From a plasmid: a stretch of 43,639 nucleotides of DNA. A program made the position numbers and the translations under genes. The notes beneath the pieces were generated by a model that was given only the letters and a program-made list of their open reading frames with translations, did no database searches and was not told the DNA's origin. This document shows positions 36,657 to 43,639 of the stretch, piece by piece; positions within the stretch are counted from its first letter, which is position 1, and the number at the start of each line of letters is the position of its first letter. Where the stretch lies: sequence record CP102852.1, one strand, 5' to 3'.

Positions 36657-38096
36657 TTAATGTTCCTCCATAAATTGAGCTTTAGTAATTAACTGTTCTT
36701 GCAATTCAGCCAATGTAGCTGTTAAGTAAACTGGGTACCGATCGGGGTTAACTAACCGTTTTGTGGCTTCTGGTAATTCTGCTACTTGATCCATTGAGAA
36801 TTGCTGAATCTTAAAGAGATCATTTTCGATTGGGGAAGCATTGGAACCCAGATATTCTTGCATCAATGGCTTAGCATTAAAGTTAGTCAGAACTTGGCTG
36901 ACGTGCGTGGCTGCCGAATTAGCATTAACCACTTTCAATGGAGCCGTGATGTGCTCATCAGCCAGGGCAATCACATCGGCGATCGCTTGATGAAGGTTAT
37001 CTTGCCGGTAAATCCGGTAAACTTGCTTATTACCAGGCAGGGTGATCTTTTCTCTGCTATCACTAACCTTAATTTTTGGGATCCATTGATCATTAATCTT
37101 TTCTTCGGCGAGCTTATAAACGCCACTTAATACCGGACTGGAGGAACTGGTAATTAAACGTTCCCCAATCCCAAAGTTATCAATTGGAGCTCCTTCATCC
37201 AACAACGACTTAACTACATGCGCATCAAGGGCATTTGAAGCTGTAATCTTTGCCTTGGGGAAGCCAGCATCATCGAGCATCTTCCGGGCTTTGATGGCTA
37301 ATTGCGAAATGTCACCGGAATCGATCCGGATCCCGACTGGTTGGTGCCCTTGAGCGCTAACTTGCTTGAAGACCCGAATCGCGTTCGGCACTCCTGACTT
37401 CAAGACATCATAAGTATCAACGAGCAAGGAAACTTTGTCAGGATAAACCTTGGCCCAAGCTTGAAAGGCACTTAATTCATCAGAGAAGCTTTCGACCCAG
37501 GCATGTGCCATTGTGCCGGCCGCGGGAATATTAAATTGACTGGCTGCTTGTAAGTTCGACGTGCTGGTACAACCGCCGATCACCGCGGCTCGCGCCCCAT
37601 ACGTGGCGGCATCAGGGCCTTGCGCCCGCCGCGCGCCAAATTCCATAATTGGTCGGCCTTGAGCGGCATGGTTGATTTGCCAAGACTTCGTCGCAATTAA
37701 TGATTGATGGTTAATGATGTTTAGAATAAAGGTTTCTAACAGCTGGGCTTCAATCAACGGTCCACTAATTGAAATAATTGGTTCCCGTGGGAAAACAGGG
37801 GTTCCTTCTGGTAAAGCTTTAATCGAGCAGTGATTTTTAATCTTGCTCAGGTAATCTAAAAACTCGGGAGTAAATTCATTCAGGGAGGTCAGGTATTCAA
37901 TATTCTCCTTAGTGAAATGCCAATTTTGAACTTGTTCTACCACTTGCTGGAGACCAGCGACAATGACAAAACTACCGTTGTCGGGAACCCGGCGGTAAAA
38001 GACGTCGAAGCGAGCTTGTCGATCATGGGGTAGGGTAGCGTAGTACCCATTGGCCATGGAAAATTCATATAAGTCGGTTAATAGTTGTAGATTCAT
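36657..38096 (-). CDS. pncB: nicotinate phosphoribosyltransferase
   Basis: 479 aa. The N-terminal LTDLYEFSMANGYY is the PncB hallmark. Confidence 0.85.
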   Translation of the reverse strand: MNLQLLTDLYEFSMANGYYATLPHDRQARFDVFYRRVPDNGSFVIVAGLQQVVEQVQNWHFTKENIEYLTSLNEFTPEFLDYLSKIKNHCSIKALPEGTPVFPREPIISISGPLIEAQLLETFILNIINHQSLIATKSWQINHAAQGRPIMEFGARRAQGPDAATYGARAAVIGGCTSTSNLQAASQFNIPAAGTMAHAWVESFSDELSAFQAWAKVYPDKVSLLVDTYDVLKSGVPNAIRVFKQVSAQGHQPVGIRIDSGDISQLAIKARKMLDDAGFPKAKITASNALDAHVVKSLLDEGAPIDNFGIGERLITSSSSPVLSGVYKLAEEKINDQWIPKIKVSDSREKITLPGNKQVYRIYRQDNLHQAIADVIALADEHITAPLKVVNANSAATHVSQVLTNFNAKPLMQEYLGSNASPIENDLFKIQQFSMDQVAELPEATKRLVNPDRYPVYLTATLAELQEQLITKAQFMEEH

Positions 38097-38145
38097 CTTA
38101 AATGCTTCCTTTTAAGTAAAAATTACTTTAATTTGGCTAAAAATA

Positions 38146-38183
38146 AAAGTATGGTTAACTTTTAAAAGTATGGTTAACTTTTA
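38146..38183. promoter_or_regulatory. two exactly tandem 19-bp repeats (each an AAAAGT-n7-ACTTTT palindrome) upstream of pncB
   Basis: AAAAGTATGGTTAACTTTT occurs twice in direct tandem. It lies between the nrtR stop and the pncB start. Confidence 0.5.
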
Positions 38184-38230
38184 TTTACGTCTAGTATAAA
38201 TATTTTGCAGCAAAATGCAAATGATGCCCT

Positions 38231-38935
38231 TTAGTTAAGTTGGTAGAGCTTTGGTGGCCGCCCAGAATGGTTCAAAGTGGCGGCCCCGACTTCTTTGAAG
38301 AGGTGGTTGTGAGTTCTCTTAAAGTTGGAATTATCAATCTTGTCAATTGTCGTACCTAAGAAAGCCGCAAAGACTTCGCGCGCTTGGCGCAGGGTAAAGG
38401 TATTACCTAAGATCCGAAGAATTTGGGGTTGATAGTCCAGCTTGTTTTTAATCCGATTAATGGCGGTGGTAATGATTTGAATATGATCAAAGACCAGGTG
38501 ACCGGCGGGACTTAGGATAATCTCCTGTTGGTCATGGGTGATCACATAGTTGCCCTGATCTTTATCAAGCACAAACCATTGGGCATCTGTGGCTCCATAC
38601 CCTGGATGCAATTTTGGGGTTGATGGTAAATAGGTCATATAGGCGAGTGCCAGTGCCCGAGTTCCCGTAACCCGCTTGGGATCTGTAAAGGTGGCCAGTT
38701 GTTCGGTTGAATTCATCGGAACTTGCAGGCCAATTTTATCGTCAATTAGACGAATACAGGCCGCGTCGGCACTCTCTTTACTCCGCAAGAGGGTTTCGGG
38801 GAGGGCCCAATGTCCCTTTAGAGGTTCATCTGCCCGCTTAATCAATAGTAATTGTGGTCGGTGTAATTCAGTATTAAAACTCCAAATAACGTTGGTGATG
38901 GTCACCAATGGCCGGGCAATAATTTCACTATCCAA
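38231..38935 (-). CDS. nrtR: Nudix-related transcriptional regulator of NAD metabolism (NrtR-like)
   Basis: 234 aa. The N-terminal Nudix-like fold has a degenerate Nudix box (GHWALPETLL...ESADAACIRLIDDKIG). The C-terminus looks like a winged HTH. TTG start 7 nt after GGGAGGAG. It is first in an operon with pncB and pncA. Confidence 0.6.
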   Translation of the reverse strand: MDSEIIARPLVTITNVIWSFNTELHRPQLLLIKRADEPLKGHWALPETLLRSKESADAACIRLIDDKIGLQVPMNSTEQLATFTDPKRVTGTRALALAYMTYLPSTPKLHPGYGATDAQWFVLDKDQGNYVITHDQQEIILSPAGHLVFDHIQIITTAINRIKNKLDYQPQILRILGNTFTLRQAREVFAAFLGTTIDKIDNSNFKRTHNHLFKEVGAATLNHSGRPPKLYQLN

Positions 38936-39062
38936 TTGACGCTCCTCCCTTCATAATTGTTAACTCAACTCTATTTTAGCATTTCTCGGCCACTAGTAAT
39001 TGCCCAGTTGCTTTAAATCATGTTAAGGTTAGTTGCTTTTTCAAGCGTTCATAGCGGTGTTC

Positions 39063-39314
39063 CTAATTGTAGGTGGTCTCGATCATTTCTAAAGGAGAGT
39101 GGCTTCGGTCACAGAATAAAATCCCAATGTGATTGAGAATGCAATATTCAATCACTCGCTCCGATAGATAACACTTTCTATTATCAAACACCAATGTACC
39201 AATATCATCAAAGGTCAGACATTTCTTTTCCTTTGTCTTGATATTTGAAAATTTTAGTCCTTCTTTAGTGACACCAACAAAACATTCATTCTCCACATAA
39301 ACTATATTCTTCAC
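39063..39314 (-). pseudogene. orphan Cas1-like N-terminal fragment (83 codons)
   Basis: The pattern VYVENECF...K..L.F.......K..LTFDDIGTLVFDNRK.YLSERVIEYCILNHIGILFCDRSHSP mirrors the N-terminal beta-sandwich of type II Cas1 (for example ...IPLSDISII......ITL..LSAL...NIALVVCDNEHLP). It is truncated and no array or other cas genes accompany it. Confidence 0.35.
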
Positions 39315-39547
39315 CCTTTACCCCTCCCGAAGTAAGGACCTGCCGATAAATCAACATCCTACTATTTCATTTGGTGTTAATTTCTTTCTCTCGAATATAA
39401 CCTATGCGTCAATTATAAAGTCTGGTCTACTGCAACGAGCTTTCTTGGCCCCTAAATCTAAAGAGAGCGTGTATTTAAATCCAAGGATTTCGATACACGC
39501 TCTCGCTTTTTACTACGTCTCCTTCTAACAGAGATTAGAAATAAAAA

Positions 39548-39590
39548 CAAAAATCCACCCGGCGCGACGAAGATGGCGGGTGGAAGGGGA
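39548..39590 (-). terminator. rho-independent terminator at the end of the GC-rich cassette (copy B)
   Basis: On the minus strand, CCACCCGCC ...loop... GCCGGGTGG followed by ATTTTTGTTTTTATTT. Confidence 0.45.
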
Positions 39591-39604
39591 AGGCCGGATT
39601 GGGC

Positions 39605-39879
39605 CTATCCCAGGGAAAGCAAGGCCTTGTAAAGGTCGTTGACCTTCGTGGGCATGTAGTCGTTCATCATCATGATTTGGTGGGAGTCCACGACTTCATC
39701 GGTGTACAGGCTTCGCAGGCCCACCATACCCTGGAGGGTGTTGGCCAGGATTTGATGCCGAAGATGGCGGCGACGATCCCGGCGATGATGGCCAGACCGA
39801 TCACGACCCCCATGACGGGAGCCATCCAATCCGGGGCGGGCGTCCCCTGGGAGTAGGTAGAGCCAGTGGCGAAAATCAT
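39605..39879 (-). pseudogene. small membrane protein gene of the GC-rich cassette, full length in copy B but with an internal frameshift
   Basis: AAGGAGGG precedes the ATG. MIFATGSTYSQGTPAPDWMAPVMGVVIGLAIIAGIVAAIFGIK then shifts frame to ...ILANTLQGMVGLRSLYTDEVVDSHQIMMMNDYMPTKVNDLYKALLSLG. The shift occurs at an AAA run (GGCATCAAATCC). Confidence 0.45.
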
Positions 39880-39892
39880 GGAGGCCCTCCTT

Positions 39893-40519
39893 TCATTCTT
39901 GCGTATCTTCGGAAAGCCGGAAGGTATCGACGAACTGCTTGTATTCCGAGCTGGAAGTTCCAAAGGATTCGAGGCCATAGAGGCCAGCGGACGAGTAAAC
40001 GACCTCTCGACGCATGATCACCGAGGAGTCCTCACTATCGCGACCGGTGTAGGAAATGGCCATATGCCCGTCCACGGTGGTGAAGGAATACTTGTCAATC
40101 TGCAGAAGACGAGCGACATTGGTCAAGACCTTACGTTTCTGCGCGTCATTGAACCCCTTGGAGTCCTCGACTTGCTTCCGAGTGAATTTGGTGACGGACA
40201 CAGCGTAGTTGATGTGATCCTTGTCATTGACCGTCGAATAGCGGGCATAAGCGCCGGTGGGATCCTTATAGGTGTCCTTCTCCGGAACGCCCGGGAAATA
40301 GACGGAATAGCCCAGATCCTTGGACGTGAACTTCTTCCAGCCCTGGGGGGCAGTGACGGAGGAAGTGGCTTTGTTCGCCGATGGGGCAGTCGACTGGGAG
40401 GAACCGCAGGCGGCCAGACCTGTCGTGAAAGCCATCGTTGCTATGACAGCGGAAATCCGCCTGAAAGACCTTTTCATATCAAACCTTTTTTTCTTTCTTG
40501 TCGTTTCTTGTTTTTCCAT
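39893..40519 (-). CDS. lipoprotein (copy B), in frame with the upstream yafQ fragment
   Basis: Same L-A-A-C lipobox protein as in copy A, with a few substitutions. GC-rich composition. Confidence 0.6.
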   Translation of the reverse strand: MEKQETTRKKKRFDMKRSFRRISAVIATMAFTTGLAACGSSQSTAPSANKATSSVTAPQGWKKFTSKDLGYSVYFPGVPEKDTYKDPTGAYARYSTVNDKDHINYAVSVTKFTRKQVEDSKGFNDAQKRKVLTNVARLLQIDKYSFTTVDGHMAISYTGRDSEDSSVIMRREVVYSSAGLYGLESFGTSSSEYKQFVDTFRLSEDTQE

Positions 40520-40729
40520 TGTAACACCTTCTAAAGCATGCGGATAAAAATAATCTGGAATGGTTTTATCTTCAATTAAACACTGAATAATATATTTCCA
40601 AGGACTCCGCTTTTGATCATCAAACTCTTGAGGTAGTGAACTTTTAAATATTGAACGCCACTTGGGGTCTTGGCGCCGCTTTTTGAACTGTTTTTTAAAA
40701 GTTTTGGTATATTTAATTACTTTTGCCAT
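40520..40729 (-). pseudogene. yafQ: yafQ-like toxin gene, N-terminal 70 codons, disrupted by the cassette (copy B, no frameshift)
   Basis: MAKVIKYTKTFKKQFKKRRQDPKW...DYFYPHALEGV is fused in frame to the lipoprotein ORF. It lacks the C-terminal catalytic half. Confidence 0.55.
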
Positions 40730-40730
40730 C

Positions 40731-40979
40731 TTACTTACTTCTTTTCTCTTTGCGCCATTTTTTAAACATTGCCTTAATTAATCCGTAAACTGCGATGAGA
40801 GGCATTACGCCAATACAATTGACAATCCAAAAGAGTGTGCTATTTCCAGCTCCCGTTTGTAGGCGGTTCTTGATAATTGGTAACCAAACAAGGGGTATAT
40901 AAATCAACTCGAAAACTATAAAGCCGACAATTCCCCATAAATAGGCTTTATACGAGAAATTAGATTCGTCATCATCCAT
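40731..40979 (-). CDS. hypothetical small two-TM membrane protein (diverged paralog)
   Basis: 82 aa. Its start overlaps the stop of the upstream gene. Confidence 0.5.
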   Translation of the reverse strand: MDDDESNFSYKAYLWGIVGFIVFELIYIPLVWLPIIKNRLQTGAGNSTLFWIVNCIGVMPLIAVYGLIKAMFKKWRKEKRSK

Positions 40980-41076
40980 GCTTATTTCCCTCCTTTGGCG
41001 TTGGTTCCTTTGTTCCTTCCTCTACTGGTGGGTAAACCCGCGGATGTTTCGCCGCTGTTTCAGCTGTAAACCACCA

Positions 41077-41913
41077 TTATTCGTCAGGAATTTTCCAATC
41101 ATATTGAAATTGACGAGCATACTTAACTACGTAAATTTCCTTATAAATCTTACCAAACATATAAAAATTGAATAAAATCATAAAAGGCATAAAGATACTA
41201 TAGATCATACTGATTAAAGATAATCCAAGTGGTACCTTATTTGTAAATAGATTAATTATGATCAGTGCAGCATCCATGGCTATTAAGATAATCATTGTAT
41301 GACCTAGGTTAAACCAGCTTATAAACCTTCTATAAGCCGTTTTTTTGGTTTCACGCTTATTTCCTAACGTACTAATCTTAAAAACTAAATATAGCAATAT
41401 TACGATTGTTTGTATCAAAAACACAGTATAACCATAACTATATATCAATGAACCAACACCTAATGGTACAACAAGAAATATCATTCCAAATATAAGCGGA
41501 GACCAGATGATATCACTTCTAAGACCAAATTCAGCAATATTCTTTCTTGGAATAAACACGGATATTAGAAAACCTAATTCTGATAAAGACCCTATAATAA
41601 TAAATATAGGTACAAAAATCTTTGATAATAACGGAATGTTAATCCCAAATAAATTATTCAATGATATAGTAGTACCAATTCCAACTATCATAACTAAAGG
41701 GATCATGAAGAAAGTGGCTACTAATAGGCTGATAATCCTTGCTCCTAGCCCAGATTCAACATATGATCGCATATCATATAGTACCGACTTTTTTATAAAT
41801 TGTCTTACTTGGTTATACGTAAGTTTAAACATATCATGCACCTGCCCACTTTCTAAATAATTCAAAGGTATTTTGGGCCATTTTACCGGCTGCGTCATAA
41901 CCCTTACCTTCAC
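41077..41913 (-). CDS. hypothetical 6-TM membrane protein (copy B, ends at an in-frame TAA relative to copy A)
   Basis: 278 aa. The C-terminal 32 codons found in copy A are still present in frame after the TAA. Confidence 0.5.
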   Translation of the reverse strand: MKVRVMTQPVKWPKIPLNYLESGQVHDMFKLTYNQVRQFIKKSVLYDMRSYVESGLGARIISLLVATFFMIPLVMIVGIGTTISLNNLFGINIPLLSKIFVPIFIIIGSLSELGFLISVFIPRKNIAEFGLRSDIIWSPLIFGMIFLVVPLGVGSLIYSYGYTVFLIQTIVILLYLVFKISTLGNKRETKKTAYRRFISWFNLGHTMIILIAMDAALIIINLFTNKVPLGLSLISMIYSIFMPFMILFNFYMFGKIYKEIYVVKYARQFQYDWKIPDE

Positions 41914-42327
41914 TATTAGTTTTCAAAATTTTATCGACCTTGGTCCCAACTCCAACTTAAAGCACCTACGAAAAATCCATTCCCTGTACCAGATATTACT
42001 TATATCCCAGAAAATACACTGCTAATTGAAGTACCATCTACCGTACCTTAAAGTGCCCGTCTGGTACTCTTGATAGCGTTAACACCAGTATAAACTACCA
42101 AATGGCCAAGATTCCTGCGTATTTCAGAATCACTCATTATCATCATTCGTTACTTCTAAGTTTTTCCTATCCTTAAATTCCAGTTTTATATGCCTTGTGG
42201 TAGTTACATATATTATTATATTAATGGCTAAAGTTAATATCATTAAGTTAAGAATTTATCAGTTGGTAAGTCATGATTAATTAATAATTTTCAAATTACA
42301 TAGTTATAAAAGAGTATGGTTTTATTT

Positions 42328-42807
42328 TTAACTATACCTTCTATGTATCTTGGTGAGACTATCAGTTCCTCCTAGATATGAGCTAAGTATGTCAATTGCT
42401 TGGTCTACTTCGTTGGTACTAGGAACCTTTTTCTCTATAATCCGGTTGAATTTAATATTGATACTATTAATTTTTGGTATCAATTTTTTACCTTGAGATG
42501 TTAAACAAATTAGACTCACTCTTTTATCTTCTTTATTAACTTTTCTTTCTAATAATCCTCTTTTTATTAGTGACTGAACTAATCGACTAGGTGATTTCTT
42601 CTCACATATTAACAAATTTCCCAAGTCTTTTACAGACATTGCGCCATAGGCGTTAAGGATCGTTAGTACTTCGACCTGATTGGGGGTTAGACCCAAATCT
42701 TTAAGTAAATCATTGAAGATATGCAAAAATTCGCGCTCACAGCTTTTAATTAAAAATCTCAAAATTTCAATTTTTTTATCCATTTTTATATCACTCCGCA
42801 ATAGCAA
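42328..42807 (-). CDS. MarR-family transcriptional regulator
   Basis: 159 aa. LTPNQVEVLTILNAYGAMSVKDLGNLLICEKKSPSRLVQSLIKRGLLER is a MarR wHTH. It is divergent from the ABC ATPase gene. Confidence 0.85.
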   Translation of the reverse strand: MLLRSDIKMDKKIEILRFLIKSCEREFLHIFNDLLKDLGLTPNQVEVLTILNAYGAMSVKDLGNLLICEKKSPSRLVQSLIKRGLLERKVNKEDKRVSLICLTSQGKKLIPKINSINIKFNRIIEKKVPSTNEVDQAIDILSSYLGGTDSLTKIHRRYS

Positions 42808-42879
42808 TTAGTAATATTAATTGGATTATATTATAAAGTTCTAATTAATACTAGAAAAAATGTGACATGTAGTCTATTA

Positions 42880-42911
42880 TAGTAAATACATGATATGTCA
42901 TGTATTTACTA
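42880..42911. promoter_or_regulatory. perfect 14-bp inverted repeat, candidate MarR operator
   Basis: TAGTAAATACATGA tatg TCATGTATTTACTA. It sits in the divergent promoter region between marR and the ABC genes. Confidence 0.5.
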
Positions 42912-42946
42912 TAACGTATAAAATTATTTGAGAGGATGTTAATTAG

Positions 42947-43636
42947 ATGATTGAATTTGAAAAAATTGATAAGGAATATCATGTTGGTGATCAAAGAGTT
43001 AAAGCTCTTCATAATGTAAGTTTCCATATTAAACCAGGTAATCTAACTATTATTTTAGGTCCCTCCGGTTCCGGGAAAAGTACTCTTTTGAACATTCTTG
43101 GTGGTATGGATCGGCCAACTCATGGCAAAGTTAGATTTGATAAAAGTTTAGTATCTGATCTAAATGATCACGAACTAACAAATTATCGTAGGGACAAAAT
43201 CGGATTTGTCTTTCAATTCTACAATTTAATTCCTAGTTTAACCGCTTTAGAAAATGTTGCCATTGCCGCCCAATTGAGTGGTAATGGGCAACATGCTAAA
43301 GAGTATTTACAACAGGTCGGCCTAACTAAGCGATTAAATAATTTTCCTAATCAAATGTCGGGTGGTGAAATGCAACGAGTTTCAATCGCACGAGCACTAT
43401 CTAAAAAGCCTAAATTACTTTTATGTGACGAGCCTACTGGTGCTTTAGATTCAAAGACAAGTATGAAAATTATGAAAATTCTCCAAGAGATCTCAAAGTC
43501 AACAGAAGCGGCTGTTGTAATGGTAACACATAATCCAAAATTTGAAGACTATGCTGACCGAGTTATCAGACTAAAAGATGGTCAGATTGAGGGAATTTAT
43601 GATAATCAAAATCCAGCGGTTGTAGAGGAGGATTAA
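42947..43636 (+). CDS. ABC transporter ATP-binding protein (MacB/FtsE-like)
   Basis: Walker [11 protein letters not shown]-loop, signature [15 protein letters not shown] and Walker [13 protein letters not shown]. The stop at 43634-43636 is followed, across the window boundary, by the TTG of the permease. Confidence 0.9.
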   Translation: MIEFEKIDKEYHVGDQRVKALHNVSFHIKPGNLTIILGPSGSGKSTLLNILGGMDRPTHGKVRFDKSLVSDLNDHELTNYRRDKIGFVFQFYNLIPSLTALENVAIAAQLSGNGQHAKEYLQQVGLTKRLNNFPNQMSGGEMQRVSIARALSKKPKLLLCDEPTGALDSKTSMKIMKILQEISKSTEAAVVMVTHNPKFEDYADRVIRLKDGQIEGIYDNQNPAVVEED

Positions 43637-43639
43637 TCA

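Larger units (their letters stand above)
39795..41990. repeat. large inverted duplication, copy B
   Basis: See the entry for 19436-22235. Confidence 0.85.

Noticed and set aside
38676-38939. 87-aa plus-strand ORF
   Set aside because: Antisense to the nrtR-like gene.

Overview
This window reads like a complete, circularly permuted 43.6-kb theta-type plasmid of a low-GC Firmicute (Lactobacillaceae-like codon usage, AT-rich background). The clearest support for circularity is an ABC-transporter operon split across the window ends. The ATPase gene ends at 43636, with GGAGG at about 43627-43631. Eight nucleotides after that Shine-Dalgarno, the permease gene begins with TTG at position 1.

The backbone carries a RepA_N-type replication initiator (repA) with tandem iteron-like repeats inside the gene, a parA plus small partition-protein pair, and a MobQ (MobA/MobL) relaxase. 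An RSF1010-like oriT sits next to the relaxase (inverted repeat followed by TAAGTGCGC), along with two small coiled-coil accessory ORFs.

Several addiction modules are present:
- one intact dinJ-yafQ pair;
- a second dinJ with a frameshifted, insertion-disrupted yafQ;
- a third yafQ remnant;
- a ribbon-helix-helix (RelB/DinJ-like) gene followed by a small ORF and a zeta-toxin-like P-loop kinase, an arrangement resembling omega-epsilon-zeta;
- two intact and one degenerate type I toxin-antitoxin-like loci. Each encodes a roughly 30-34 aa hydrophobic Hol-Tox-like peptide followed by a conserved unit that carries an extended -10 promoter on the opposite strand and convergent terminators.

The cargo genes are:
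- an LPXTG collagen-adhesin-like surface protein with Cna-B tandem repeats;
- HxlR plus a quinone oxidoreductase;
- tag (3-methyladenine glycosylase) with a winged-helix regulator;
- an ArsR-like regulator plus an MFS efflux pump;
- a TetR regulator plus a quinone oxidoreductase;
- a four-gene ECF (energy-coupling factor) transporter operon with a perfect 19-bp palindromic operator;
- nrtR-pncB-pncA for NAD salvage;
- MarR plus an ABC exporter.

The plasmid is strongly mosaic. There are four serine-recombinase (resolvase) copies or fragments, an IS30 transposase N-terminal fragment, a MobV relaxase N-terminal fragment with its own oriT-like inverted repeat and a 36-bp direct repeat, and an orphan Cas1-like N-terminal fragment. 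A 710-bp direct repeat carries a 150-aa hypothetical gene. A roughly 2.2-2.8-kb inverted duplication (19436-22235 and 39795-41990) carries a six-TM membrane protein, a small two-TM protein and a dinJ/yafQ locus. In both copies yafQ was split by a conspicuously GC-rich foreign cassette encoding a lipoprotein and a small membrane protein. The two copies have since diverged through different frameshifts, a nonsense codon and an indel.
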